Counted from the stretch's first letter, positions 10,529-21,492 are shown. The stretch: 64,000 bases of DNA from an uncultured Methanobrevibacter sp. (GCA_902796575.1 CADBPS010000041.1:5926-69925), one strand, 5' to 3'. Notes: generated by a model not told the origin, from the letters alone. A program made the numbers and translations.

Positions 10529-12229
10529 ATGTATTTTGAGATAGAAAAAGAGGCAATAACTGCAATAAATAAAGCTTTAGACAAATATGATGAAGAAATA
10601 GATAGGAATTTTCGTTTGGAATTCCCTCCAGACCCAAAATTAGGAGATTTGGCCAGTACAATAGCATTTGCACTGACAAAAAAATTAAAGACCTCCCCGA
10701 ATCTGGTTGCTGAGGATTTAGTATCAAAAATTGAAGTGCCTGAAATATTCGAAAAAGTTGAAAATTTCGGACCTTACGTTAATTTCTTTATAGACTATGC
10801 AAAATTTTCAAAAAAACTGCTGGAAAAAGTAGATGAAAATTACGGTCAACTTCCTGAAGCAGGAGAAAAAATTGTTCTCGAACACACATCAGCTAATCCA
10901 AACGGTCCATTGCACATCGGACATATTCGTAATTCAATTTTTGGTGATTCACTTGCAAGACTGCTCAAATTAAGTGGACGTGAAGTGGAAACCCAATATT
11001 ATGTAAATGACATGGGACGCCAAATAGCTATTATCGTTTATGGAATAACCGAAATGGGATTGAAAATTGATGAACAGGAAGGGGAAAAAATTGATGCCAA
11101 AATTGGAAAACTATACTATCAGGCCAATAAAAAGGTAGAAAATGATGAAAATGCAAATGCCCATGTAGGTGAGCTTATACAGAAATATGAAGAAGGCAAT
11201 GACGATCAATTAAATGCAATATTCGAAGAAGTAGTTGAAAGTTGTGTCAGTGGAATCAAGGAAACACTTCAAAGAATTAATATTAAGCATGATGATTTTG
11301 TATGGGAAGGAAACTTCGTGAGAAATGGTGATGTTGAAAAGCTTTTAAAATACTTTGAAAAAGAAGGATTTGTATCACACGATGATGTAGACTATATTGA
11401 TTTAACATTTTACAATATTGAAAAGGAATTTGTTTTAAGAAGATCAAACGGAACATCCCTGTACTCAACAAGAGACCTGGCATATCACAGATACAAAGCA
11501 ACCCTCGGTGATACAGTATTGGACATTCTGGGTTCAGATCATAAACTGTCTTCAAAACAGATGAAAGTAATATTTGAAGAAATTCTTAGGGAAAAAGCAC
11601 CTGAAGTGATATTTTATGAATTCATAACATTACCTGAAGGTTCAATGTCAACCAGAAAAGGTAAATTCATATCTGTCGATGATTTAATTGATGAAGCTAT
11701 TTTAAGAGCATCAGAAGAAATCAAAACAAGAAACCCAGAACTGACAGATGATGAAATCAAACCAATGGCTGAACAAATTGGAATAGGAGCTATCAGATTC
11801 TTCATAGCTAAATTATCCCCTGAAAAACACCTTACATTTAAATGGGATGATGCACTAAGCTTTGAAAGAGGCTGTGCTTCAATACAATATGCACATGCAA
11901 GAGCATGCAAACTTCTAAACAAATCGGGAAAAGATGTAGAATCATTGAAAGTTGATGATAGCTGGATACCAAATGAATCAGAGCAGGATTTAATAAGACT
12001 AATAGCTAAATTCCCGCAGGTTGTAGAGGATTGTGCCAACAAGAAAAGAGTTCACAATATTACCCAATACTGTCAGGATTTAGCAGGTTCATTTAATAAG
12101 TTCTATAAATCACAACAGGTAATCGGTTCCGAAACTGAAGACACTCGACTCATATTAGTTGATAAGGCTAAAATAACATTGAAAAATGCTTTAGATATTC
12201 TGGGAGTGTCAGCACCTGAAAAGATGTAG
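10529..12229 (+). CDS. argS: Arginyl-tRNA synthetase
   Basis: EHTSANPNGPLHIGHIRN, MSTRKG, QYAHAR, C-terminal PEKM. Confidence 0.97.
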   Translation: MYFEIEKEAITAINKALDKYDEEIDRNFRLEFPPDPKLGDLASTIAFALTKKLKTSPNLVAEDLVSKIEVPEIFEKVENFGPYVNFFIDYAKFSKKLLEKVDENYGQLPEAGEKIVLEHTSANPNGPLHIGHIRNSIFGDSLARLLKLSGREVETQYYVNDMGRQIAIIVYGITEMGLKIDEQEGEKIDAKIGKLYYQANKKVENDENANAHVGELIQKYEEGNDDQLNAIFEEVVESCVSGIKETLQRINIKHDDFVWEGNFVRNGDVEKLLKYFEKEGFVSHDDVDYIDLTFYNIEKEFVLRRSNGTSLYSTRDLAYHRYKATLGDTVLDILGSDHKLSSKQMKVIFEEILREKAPEVIFYEFITLPEGSMSTRKGKFISVDDLIDEAILRASEEIKTRNPELTDDEIKPMAEQIGIGAIRFFIAKLSPEKHLTFKWDDALSFERGCASIQYAHARACKLLNKSGKDVESLKVDDSWIPNESEQDLIRLIAKFPQVVEDCANKKRVHNITQYCQDLAGSFNKFYKSQQVIGSETEDTRLILVDKAKITLKNALDILGVSAPEKM

Positions 12230-12273
12230 ATGGGTTTTTAACTCATCTAAATTTTATTTTACTCAAACCATCA

Positions 12274-13644
12274 TTAAGTTTCTTTTTTGTTCACTTTCAT
12301 CAGTTTATTGATGTATAATTCTATACATGAATAACATATTAAAGATCCGATTCCACCACCCAGAAGCATTCCGGCATATATTCCAAATTCACCCATATTC
12401 AATGTAAATCCTAAAATATAAGCAAATATCAGTACTAATATGAATTCCCTGAATGCAGTTAATATAAAAGATATTGTTCCTTTTCCCATTCCCTGAAATA
12501 CATTAGCAGCACTGGCACCGAATGGAACATATAATATAAACAGACACATTAACTGTAAGAAACTGGCTATTAGGGGTTCCAGCTGTGCACTGTTTTCCGA
12601 ATAGGAAAATATAAATGCAATCTGATTTGCAAAGAGATTCAATATTATACAAACAATTATCGATGCAATCAAAGCAACTTTAACAGCATACCTGGCAGTA
12701 ATTCTCAGATTTTCATATTTTCCAGCTCCAAAAGCAACTCCCGCTACTGAAATAGCTGCAGTTCCAACACCAATCGCCGGAAGCATTCCAATATTTAAAA
12801 CTCTCCATCCTGCAGTATAAACTGCAACAGCAACAGGTCCTGAAACAATAGTTAACATATAATTAACAAAAATTGTTAAAACGGATAATACAAGTTGTTC
12901 CAGGCTTGCAGGAATTCCGACAACAAGAATATCTTTATATATCTTTAAGTCATTATGGAAATCCTTGAAGTCATATGAAAGATATGTGTCCTTTTTGATA
13001 AAAATCCAGTAAAACATCAATAGCAAACTTATAAACGGACCTAATGCAGTTGCCCAAGCTGCTCCCTTGATTCCCATCCCAAAAGTATAGATAAAAATCG
13101 GGTCTAAAATCATGTTGATAATAGCTGCCACAGCAATTGGGAGTGTTGCTCTTTTTATATCTCCTTCTGCTCTGAATGCACCTCCTACAATTGGAGGCAT
13201 TAGTATGGCAAATGTCCAGATGAAAATTATTGTACCGTAATCCATTGCATAATCAATAACGCTGACAGCACCCATTATTTTAAGTAACGGTTCCATGGAT
13301 ATCAGAAAAATAATCATAATAATAATGGAAACTATTAAACTCAGTATCAAATTGTGAATTGCTGCATTATTGGCCGAATGCCTGTCTTCAGCACCTATAT
13401 ATCTGGAGATTAAAGAATTTCCGCCTGCTCCAATCCCATTTCCGAATCCTACTAAAATCAAAAATAAGGGAGTTATATATCCCAATGCAGCCAAGGGTTC
13501 TGCACCTAATCCCGCTACCCATATACTGTCAATTATATTGTTAGCAAAAATTAAAAACATACTAGCAATTATAGGTAATGATAATTTGTTAATAGCTTTT
13601 TTGGGGTCACCTGTAATCATTTCTATATTAGAATTTTTGTCCAC
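12274..13644 (-). CDS. MATE family efflux transporter
   Basis: About 12 TM helices; 'NMILDPIFI..GIKGAAWAT' MATE signature. Confidence 0.92.
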   Translation of the reverse strand: MDKNSNIEMITGDPKKAINKLSLPIIASMFLIFANNIIDSIWVAGLGAEPLAALGYITPLFLILVGFGNGIGAGGNSLISRYIGAEDRHSANNAAIHNLILSLIVSIIIMIIFLISMEPLLKIMGAVSVIDYAMDYGTIIFIWTFAILMPPIVGGAFRAEGDIKRATLPIAVAAIINMILDPIFIYTFGMGIKGAAWATALGPFISLLLMFYWIFIKKDTYLSYDFKDFHNDLKIYKDILVVGIPASLEQLVLSVLTIFVNYMLTIVSGPVAVAVYTAGWRVLNIGMLPAIGVGTAAISVAGVAFGAGKYENLRITARYAVKVALIASIIVCIILNLFANQIAFIFSYSENSAQLEPLIASFLQLMCLFILYVPFGASAANVFQGMGKGTISFILTAFREFILVLIFAYILGFTLNMGEFGIYAGMLLGGGIGSLICYSCIELYINKLMKVNKKET

Positions 13645-13740
13645 TAAATCACCTTGTCAATTATTGAGAATCATACTTGTGTATGTAAGTGAGTATTTAA
13701 ATATTTTTAAAAATATAGTTAAATCAAGGAGAATTAAATT

Positions 13741-15051
13741 ATGAAAGTATTAGTTGTTGGAACAGGCGCTCGTGAACATGCCATTGCAGATTGTTTAAAA
13801 GATGATTGTGAATTATACTGTTACATGAGTAAAGTAAATCCGGGAATGAGTAAGATATCCGAATTTAAACAGGGTGATGAGGGTGAAGTCGAAAAAGTGG
13901 CTGAATATGCAAAGGAGAATAATATTGATATTGCATTTATCGGACCTGAAGCACCTCTTGAAAAGGGAATTGTTGACGAGCTTGAAAAAAATGGAATAAA
14001 ATGTGTTGGACCAAGTAAAAGTGCAGCAAGGATAGAAACAGATAAATCATTCATGAGAAAATTATTTGAAGATTACGATATTGAAGGATCTTTAATATAC
14101 AAAGTTTTCAACAATTATGAAGATTTAAGTGCATTTCTAGATGATTTCGAAGAGGATGTTGTTGTAAAACCTGTAGGATTGACCGGTGGAAAAGGAGTTA
14201 AAATTGTTGGTGATCATTTAAAAGACAATGATGAAGCAAAAGAATACTCAAAAGAAGTAATTGATAATGCTATGGGCGGATTTGCACAGGTTATAATTGA
14301 AGAAAGAGTGATTGGTGAAGAATTTACTATTCAGGCATTTAGTGATGGAAAACACTTGGCTCCAATGCCTGCGGCTCAGGATCATCCCCATGCATTTGAA
14401 GGAGATACTGGAGCTATAACTGGTGGAATGGGTTCTTATTCAGATTCAAATGGATTATTACCATTTTTAAAACAGGAAGACTATGATAAAGCTGTTGAAA
14501 TAATGGAAAATACAATTGAAGCTATTGCAAAAGAAGCTGAACCATATAAAGGAATTTTGTATGGGCAATTTATGCTGACAGCTGACGGTCCACGTTTAAT
14601 CGAATATAATGCAAGATTTGGAGATCCGGAAGCAATGAATGTATTGCCTCTGCTTGAAACACCGCTGATTGAAATATGTAAATCTATTGTAGATGAAACT
14701 TTAGATGATGTGGAATTCAAAAAACAGTCTAGTGTATGTAAATATATTGTACCTGACGGATATCCTGAAACAGAACATGCAGGCGAAATAATTGAAGTGG
14801 ATGAAAAATCTATTGAAGAAATTGGAGCTAAAGTATTTTATGCTGCAGTAAGTTTGGAAGATGATGGAATACATTTATCCGGTTCAAGGGCTTTAGGTGT
14901 AGTAGCAAATGCGGAAACAATAAACGAAGCAGAAAAAATAGCTGAAAAAGCTTGCGAATATATAAAAGGAAATGTTTATCACAGAAGAGATGTAGGTACT
15001 GAAGAACTAGTACAAAAACGTGTTGAACATATGGAAGAAATTCTACAATAG
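13741..15051 (+). CDS. purD: Phosphoribosylamine-glycine ligase
   Basis: [32 protein letters not shown]. Confidence 0.97.
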   Translation: MKVLVVGTGAREHAIADCLKDDCELYCYMSKVNPGMSKISEFKQGDEGEVEKVAEYAKENNIDIAFIGPEAPLEKGIVDELEKNGIKCVGPSKSAARIETDKSFMRKLFEDYDIEGSLIYKVFNNYEDLSAFLDDFEEDVVVKPVGLTGGKGVKIVGDHLKDNDEAKEYSKEVIDNAMGGFAQVIIEERVIGEEFTIQAFSDGKHLAPMPAAQDHPHAFEGDTGAITGGMGSYSDSNGLLPFLKQEDYDKAVEIMENTIEAIAKEAEPYKGILYGQFMLTADGPRLIEYNARFGDPEAMNVLPLLETPLIEICKSIVDETLDDVEFKKQSSVCKYIVPDGYPETEHAGEIIEVDEKSIEEIGAKVFYAAVSLEDDGIHLSGSRALGVVANAETINEAEKIAEKACEYIKGNVYHRRDVGTEELVQKRVEHMEEILQ

Positions 15052-15322
15052 AATTTTTTCATATAAAATTTACAGCTAAAAGAAATCTTAATTCAGAAAT
15101 TATTTAAATGAAGAATAAATACAGTTTAAATATATTTCTGAATTCATACCATCATTTATAAAAAATATAAAAGATTATCACCAATAATGTTAATTATGAT
15201 AAATTGATCTACAATAGATTTTTTTGAAAAAAATATATGTCTCATGAGTACTATGATTAGTTCACACCAGCATATATCTGGTGAAAAAATCATAAAATAT
15301 AATACAAAAAATCTACAATATA

Positions 15323-16444
15323 ATGATTATGAGTACACTGGAAAAGATGAAAATATTAACTGATTCAGCACAGTATGATTTATGCGATTATGTAAATCAT
15401 AATAGAAGCTCACAGGTTAATTTACCGGGAATTTATCATGCAACCGGACATAACGGATGTAAAATTCCATTATTCAAAACATTATTAACAAACAAATGTA
15501 AAAATGACTGTAAATACTGTATCAATCAGTCAAAAAGAAATTTTACAAGACTTGAACTGTCACCGCAGGAATTGGCTCACTCTTTTTTAAATTATTATAA
15601 CCGAGGATTGGTTAATGGATTATTTTTAAGTTCAGGAATTGATAAAGATGAAGACCTGACAATGGAAAAAACGATAGAAACCATCAGAATTTTGAGAAAA
15701 GACTATGGATATGATGATTATATTCACTTAAAAATTGTTCCGGGCGCTTCAAAGGATTCTATCAAAAGAGCTATGGCACTAGCTAATAGAGTAAGTATTA
15801 ATATTGAATCTGCAACAGCATCAGGATTAAGCGAATTATCATCAACAAAAGACTATAACAAAGATATACTGAAACGACTGTACTGGATTGACAAGATACA
15901 TGGAAAAAGTACAACCTACCCGAATTCATCACATACAACACAGGTTATTGTTGGTGCAAACAATGAAAGTGATAGGGAAATTCTACATAGAATGGAAAAA
16001 ATATACAATAAAACAAAATTAAGAGGTGCATATTACTCAGCATTTTCTCCTGTAGAAGATACAGAATTTGAAAATAAGGAAGAATGCAGTACTGACAGAA
16101 CAGCAAAATTATACAGTGCAAATAGTCTACTTAATGATTATCATTTTAAGCTTAAAGAAATAGTATTTGACGAAAATAACCAATTATCGCTGGAAACTGA
16201 TCCAAAAATATTAGCTGCTGAGAACATGGATATATTTCCTGTAGAAATTAATACTGCACCCTTTGTTGAACTGATACGTGTACCTGGAATTGGCATGAAA
16301 TCTGCAAGACAAATAATATCTATTAGAAAAAAAATTCCATTTGAAAATAAAAATCAGCTGAGAAAATTAGGTGTGGTTGTAGATAGGGCAGACAAATATA
16401 TTAAAATAAATGGAAATTATCAAAGTCTATTGGAGAATTTTTAG
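15323..16444 (+). CDS. Radical SAM protein with C-terminal helix-hairpin-helix (putative DNA modification/repair family)
   Basis: CKNDCKYC cluster motif, GLFLSSG, YIHLKIVPG, and HhH 'EINTAP..ELIRVPGIG.KSA..I'. Confidence 0.85.
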   Translation: MIMSTLEKMKILTDSAQYDLCDYVNHNRSSQVNLPGIYHATGHNGCKIPLFKTLLTNKCKNDCKYCINQSKRNFTRLELSPQELAHSFLNYYNRGLVNGLFLSSGIDKDEDLTMEKTIETIRILRKDYGYDDYIHLKIVPGASKDSIKRAMALANRVSINIESATASGLSELSSTKDYNKDILKRLYWIDKIHGKSTTYPNSSHTTQVIVGANNESDREILHRMEKIYNKTKLRGAYYSAFSPVEDTEFENKEECSTDRTAKLYSANSLLNDYHFKLKEIVFDENNQLSLETDPKILAAENMDIFPVEINTAPFVELIRVPGIGMKSARQIISIRKKIPFENKNQLRKLGVVVDRADKYIKINGNYQSLLENF

Positions 16445-16450
16445 TGGTGA

Positions 16451-16975
16451 TTAAATTCCTTCAAATAATTCCCATATATGAGGATACTTCTTAGAAACAG
16501 CCTCATCGATTAAAATAGAAGCTTCTCTACTAATACTAAATTCTGGTTCTGTTTTTCTTAAATATCTAAAAACAGCAGCAGATCTAGATGACCATAAAGT
16601 AATTCTCGGATTTTTGTCTACAATATCTAAGACTTCGGCGACATTTTCTTTTTTCTTGACTTCTTGTGTAGTTTGTAAAGTATCTTGAGGGTCTTCACTA
16701 GCAGATACCTTTTCGGATGCCTTATCTTGTGTATTTTCCTCTCCAATTCCATCAGTTGTCGTATCGTTCTTTCCAATGTCTTCACCTTCTGTATTCGTAT
16801 CAGATTTCTCTTCGCTGACAGTAGTAATATCATCTACAATAGATTCTATTTCATTTTCAGATTCATTTTTCTCATTCAAAATATCCTCTAAAGATTGGGA
16901 ACCATTACTGTCAAAATTTTCATCATAAATATTGGGAATTAATGAATCTAATCCCTTACCAAGACCACCGGCCAT
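16451..16975 (-). CDS. ParA partner protein: ParB-type N-terminal peptide, acidic linker, predicted RHH C-terminus
   Basis: N-terminal GLGKGLDSLI matches the ParB/Spo0J LG(R/K)GLxxLI motif; directly abuts parA; C-terminal RITLW-helix-helix pattern. Confidence 0.65.
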   Translation of the reverse strand: MAGGLGKGLDSLIPNIYDENFDSNGSQSLEDILNEKNESENEIESIVDDITTVSEEKSDTNTEGEDIGKNDTTTDGIGEENTQDKASEKVSASEDPQDTLQTTQEVKKKENVAEVLDIVDKNPRITLWSSRSAAVFRYLRKTEPEFSISREASILIDEAVSKKYPHIWELFEGI

Positions 16976-17794
16976 TTAATCACTCCTCCGATTCTTTTTT
17001 TCATTAATATTAGAATCTTCATTTAAACTATCCCTATCTAAAATTTCCTTAGCCAATTTCAAATAAGCTTTCGTTCCTGTACTGTCTGGATCATATATTA
17101 AACATGGCTTTCCAAAACTAGGAGCTTCAGCTAATCTAATATTTCTTGGAATTATAGTTTTAAAAAGCAAACCGTTACTGTCAAAATAATTTTTAAGTTC
17201 TTTATGAACATCCTTGCTTAATCTCGTTCTTCTGTCATATAATGTAAGTAAAATTCCTTTAATTGGAGTTGGACTTTTAAGTCTTCTTTCAACAAGTTCT
17301 ATTGTGCTTATTAAATCTGCAACTCCTTCAAGTGCATAATATTCAGCCTGAATCGGTATTAATACACTATTGGATGCGATAAGAGCATTGACAGTTATAA
17401 CCCCTAATGATGGAGGTAAATCAATAAAAATGTAATCAAATAATGGAACAACACCCTTAAGGGTTTCTTTTAAAATGTTATGATAATTTTCCTGTTTACT
17501 TAATTCTACACCTGCTCCACTTAATGACATATTACTTGGAACAATAAACAGATTTTTTATGAATGTCGGTTTGGTAACTTTCTTAATATCAATATCCCCA
17601 ACAATTGCATCATAAATTGTATTTTCTAATCTATTCTTATCAATTCCAAAACTTGTTGTTGCATTAGCCTGAGGATCCATATCTACAACCAAAACAGTTT
17701 TACCCATTACAGCCAGTGAAGTTGCAGTATTTACAACAGTTGTTGTTTTTCCACAACCACCTTTCTGGTTCATTACAGCTATGACTTCACTCAT
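16976..17794 (-). CDS. parA: ParA/Soj family ATPase
   Basis: Deviant Walker A NQKGGCGKTTT, DMDPQANAT, DLPPSLG, PIQAEYYALEG, IPRNIRLAEAPSFGKP. Confidence 0.93.
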   Translation of the reverse strand: MSEVIAVMNQKGGCGKTTTVVNTATSLAVMGKTVLVVDMDPQANATTSFGIDKNRLENTIYDAIVGDIDIKKVTKPTFIKNLFIVPSNMSLSGAGVELSKQENYHNILKETLKGVVPLFDYIFIDLPPSLGVITVNALIASNSVLIPIQAEYYALEGVADLISTIELVERRLKSPTPIKGILLTLYDRRTRLSKDVHKELKNYFDSNGLLFKTIIPRNIRLAEAPSFGKPCLIYDPDSTGTKAYLKLAKEILDRDSLNEDSNINEKKNRRSD

Positions 17795-17892
17795 TTAATT
17801 ATTCTCCTTATCATCAGTTCAAAGGGTTTGAATCCTATCGTGACTTGAGCTTTGGTATAACTTATAAATTATACCTTATACCTCAAATGAAA

Positions 17893-18358
17893 TAAGTTAT
17901 AAGTTAAACATTATTAGAAATAACATCTAATTTATCAATTAAACATTCTAAGTTAAAAGAAATAACTTCTAACAAATAAGTTAAACATTATCAACTTCTA
18001 ATTTATCAGTTAAACATTCTAAGTTAAAAGAAATAACTTCTAACAAATAAGTTAAACATTATCAACTTCTAATTTATCAGTTAAACGTTTTAAGTTAAAA
18101 GGAATAACTTTTAATAAATAAGTTATACCTTTTATCTTAAAAGTGATAAATTTTAAGTTATTTGGGACAAGTTAAAACGAATAACTTTTAACATATAAGT
18201 TATTATTGATAAGTTAAAAGGTCTAAGTTCTAACTCTTAAGTTATATTTTATAACTTCTACCTTATAAAGTATTTGTTTTCACAAATAAGTTAGTAGTTA
18301 TAAGTAATAAGTTATAATAAAAAAGAGATAATTATAAGTTATAAGTGATAAGTTATAA
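17893..18358. repeat. Array of TAAGTTA heptads, including a 71-bp unit repeated three times, upstream of parA
   Basis: 16 exact TAAGTTA copies counted, spaced mostly at multiples of 7; 71-bp units start at 17927, 17998 and 18069. Confidence 0.9.
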
Positions 18359-18397
18359 CAAAAAAATAAATAAAAAAAATAAGAAAAAAATTAATAA

Positions 18398-19699
18398 TTA
18401 TTTTGCATTTTGCATTGTACCTTCAAAATAAGAAGCATATCCTTTTAAATCAAGCATTCCATGACCTGAGAAATTAAATACAATGGTTTTTTCTTCACCA
18501 GTTTGTTTACACTTCAAAGCCTCATCAATAGCAACTTTAATAGCATGAGTAGTCTCTGGTGCAGGAACAATTCCTTCATTACGAGCAAATGTAATACCTG
18601 CATTAAAAACATCCCTCTGATGAACAGAAGTAGGAGTAATGAAACCTTCTTTCCTTAAAAGAGAAACAATAGGCGACATTCCATGGTATCTTAATCCTCC
18701 AGCATGAACAGAAGGAGCAACAAAGTCGTGACCTAAGGTAAACATTTTAAGCATTGGAGTAAATCCATTAATATCACCAAAATCATATTCATAGGAACCT
18801 TCAGTTAATGTAGGACATGCACTTGGTTCAACAGCAATAAATTCTGTCTCTGAATTACCTGCAATCTTATCTTTAAGAAGTGGGAAAAATGATCCGGCTA
18901 AATTACTTCCGCCTCCGGCACAGGCAATCATGACATCAGGAGTTTCTTCAGCTTTTTCGAGCTGTAACTTTAATTCCTGACCAATAACAGTTTGATGTAG
19001 CATTACATGATTTAAAACACTGCCCAGAGAATATTTTACACCATCATTCTGTAATGCTTCTTCCATTGCTTCAGAAATAGCTACCCCTAATGAACCTGGG
19101 TGATCAGGATTATCTGATAATATTTTACGGCCGATTTCTGTATTTTGACTAGGAGAAGCAAAAACCTGACCGTCATAAATATTCATTATGTTTTTTCTGT
19201 CCGGTTTTTGATTGAATGAAACTTTAACCATATAAACAGTACAATCTAAATCCAGCATGTTACACGCAAGAGAAAGTGCAGTTCCCCATTGTCCTGCCCC
19301 AGTTTCAGTAGTTAATCTTTCAATTCCTTCTTTTTTTGCATAATATGCTTGAGGAATAGCTGAATTCAATTTATGAGAGCCTGTAGGTGAAGTGTCCTCC
19401 CTTTTATAATAGATTTTAGCAGGAGTATTTAAAAATTTTTCAAGCCTGGTAGCCCTAAATAGAGGAGACGGCCTTCCAATCTGCATGTAAAGTTCTCGAA
19501 CATCATCCGGAATAGAAATATATCTATCGGCTGCAAATTCCTGTTCTAAAGCAGCTTTTGTAAATGCTTTTTCCAAATCCCCTATCTGATTTTTTCCTTC
19601 ACTGTTCTTTGGTTCTGGAAGTGGATTAGGTAAATCCGCAAGGATATTATACCATTTTTTCGGCACTTCATCAGAATCTAACGTAATCTTATAATTCAT
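18398..19699 (-). CDS. trpB2: Stand-alone tryptophan synthase beta-like subunit TrpB2
   Basis: [39 protein letters not shown]. Confidence 0.93.
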   Translation of the reverse strand: MNYKITLDSDEVPKKWYNILADLPNPLPEPKNSEGKNQIGDLEKAFTKAALEQEFAADRYISIPDDVRELYMQIGRPSPLFRATRLEKFLNTPAKIYYKREDTSPTGSHKLNSAIPQAYYAKKEGIERLTTETGAGQWGTALSLACNMLDLDCTVYMVKVSFNQKPDRKNIMNIYDGQVFASPSQNTEIGRKILSDNPDHPGSLGVAISEAMEEALQNDGVKYSLGSVLNHVMLHQTVIGQELKLQLEKAEETPDVMIACAGGGSNLAGSFFPLLKDKIAGNSETEFIAVEPSACPTLTEGSYEYDFGDINGFTPMLKMFTLGHDFVAPSVHAGGLRYHGMSPIVSLLRKEGFITPTSVHQRDVFNAGITFARNEGIVPAPETTHAIKVAIDEALKCKQTGEEKTIVFNFSGHGMLDLKGYASYFEGTMQNAK

Positions 19700-19738
19700 G
19701 GTATAATATATTCATGAATGAACTATTTAAAACTTTGT

Positions 19739-19754
19739 TGTACAATAATGTACA
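19739..19754. promoter_or_regulatory. Paired TRP boxes (TrpY operator) upstream of trpB2
   Basis: TGTACA-ATAA-TGTACA just upstream of the minus-strand TTTAAATA TATA box; TGTACA is the Methanothermobacter TrpY box consensus. Confidence 0.75.
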
Positions 19755-19792
19755 TTAATATATTAATAAAATAAAATCTAATATGAATAATC

Positions 19793-20830
19793 ATGAGAAT
19801 ATTAGCAATAGATGTAGGAACAGGAACACAGGATATCATGATATATGATAGTCAAAGTGAACTGGAAAATTCAATTAAATTGGTGTTGCCTTCACCCCAT
19901 ATTTTTATCTCTCAGCAGATAAAAGAATGTGAAAATGATATTTATTTTACCGGAGAAATAATGGGCGGAGGTAAAATTAAACAAAGCCTGCAGCAGCATA
20001 TGGAAAAAGGATATGAAGTTGTAATGGAAGAAATCCCTGCTAAAACAATAAGGGACAAAATATCCCAGGTGGAAAAAATAGGCATTAAAATAGCTGATGA
20101 AAATAAAAGCTACACTGATTATACAAAAATAACCTTGGGAGACATTAATATTAAAAAACTATCCAATTTTCTACTGGAATATGATTTAGAATTTGATTTT
20201 GATGAAATAGCTATTGCAGTGCAGGATCACGGTTACAATGAAAGCATGGGAGACAGAGATTTTAGATTTGAAAAGATAAGAGAAAAATTGAAAGAACCAA
20301 TTAAGCCGGAAGAATTTTCATTTAAAGACAATGTTCCCCAATACTATACAAGAATGAAAGCTGTGGAAAGAAGTCTTAAAAAAGAAGGAATAGAGCAGGA
20401 TCCATTATTGATGGATACAAAATTTGCTTCAATAGCTGGAATGTGTTATGATAAAATTTCAAAAGAATTAAATAGCTTTATTGTAATTGATATTGGAAAC
20501 GGTCATACAACGGCAGCATCAATAGAGGAAGGAAAAATACAGGGAATTTTTGAACATCACACCTCATCATTAACAGCAGATAAACTGGAAAATTATATTA
20601 AACGATTAGCTGACGGAAGCCTAACAAACGATGAAATTTATAATGATTATGGCCATGGCGCTCATGTCTTAAATCCTATATCAGAAATTGAAAAAGTAAT
20701 AGTCAGCGGTCCAAAACGGGAATTAATAGAAAAAACGAACTTTGACTGGCATCATGCATGTCCCGGAGGGGATGTAATGATGACCGGAACTGTAGGACTG
20801 ATAAAAACATTCGAGGAAAAAAATGTATAA
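19793..20830 (+). CDS. DUF1786-family actin-like/ASKHA fold protein
   Basis: ILAIDVGTGTQD, AVQDHG, DIGNGHT, FEHHT, GDVMMTG. Confidence 0.8.
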   Translation: MRILAIDVGTGTQDIMIYDSQSELENSIKLVLPSPHIFISQQIKECENDIYFTGEIMGGGKIKQSLQQHMEKGYEVVMEEIPAKTIRDKISQVEKIGIKIADENKSYTDYTKITLGDINIKKLSNFLLEYDLEFDFDEIAIAVQDHGYNESMGDRDFRFEKIREKLKEPIKPEEFSFKDNVPQYYTRMKAVERSLKKEGIEQDPLLMDTKFASIAGMCYDKISKELNSFIVIDIGNGHTTAASIEEGKIQGIFEHHTSSLTADKLENYIKRLADGSLTNDEIYNDYGHGAHVLNPISEIEKVIVSGPKRELIEKTNFDWHHACPGGDVMMTGTVGLIKTFEEKNV

Positions 20831-21485
20831 TATGGATTCTCATATTCACAGCAGATATTCACCGGACTCCAAATCAAAATTGGAAGATATTATCAGAAGG
20901 GCAAAAGAGAGAAACATTGATATCATTGCAATAAGCGACCACAATACTGTTGAAGGCTCAAAATTAGCCCGTGAATTAACAAAAAACGATGATGAAATAC
21001 TAGTTATTCCTTCAATAGAAATTTCTTCCATTAACGGACATATTTTAGGATTTGGATGTGAAGAAAACATTAAACGTGATTTGCCTGCAGATGAAACAAT
21101 CGATTTAATCCATTCACAGGGAGGACTGGCAATTATTCCCCATCCCTACTGTTTTTATAGGCATGGATTATTATGCAAAGAAGATTACAAAAATTTAAAA
21201 ATAGACGCCATAGAAACGAAAAATGCACGGTTTATAGCTGGATACTGCAATAGCAAAGCTAAAAAACTATCTGAAAATGAAAAATTACCCGGACTGGGAG
21301 CAAGCGATGCACACTACTACAAGTTCGTTGGAGACTGCTACTCAAAAATAGACTGTGAAAAAGATATCGATAGTGTTTTTAATGCGATTAAAAAGGATAA
21401 AATTGAAGTGCTTGGAAAAGGAACTTCAAACATAAAACTGTCAACATATCTTTTCAATTATAAGATTTTGAAAAATACTGACTAA
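20823..21485 (+). CDS. PHP-domain metal-dependent phosphoesterase
   Basis: DSHIHSRYS, ISDHN, PHP, GASDAH. Confidence 0.9.
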   Translation: MYNMDSHIHSRYSPDSKSKLEDIIRRAKERNIDIIAISDHNTVEGSKLARELTKNDDEILVIPSIEISSINGHILGFGCEENIKRDLPADETIDLIHSQGGLAIIPHPYCFYRHGLLCKEDYKNLKIDAIETKNARFIAGYCNSKAKKLSENEKLPGLGASDAHYYKFVGDCYSKIDCEKDIDSVFNAIKKDKIEVLGKGTSNIKLSTYLFNYKILKNTD

Positions 21486-21492
21486 AGAGCAG

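Noticed and set aside
17927-18127. CRISPR array interpretation of the 71-bp repeats
   Set aside because: Units are contiguous tandem copies without unique spacers, and no cas genes are present
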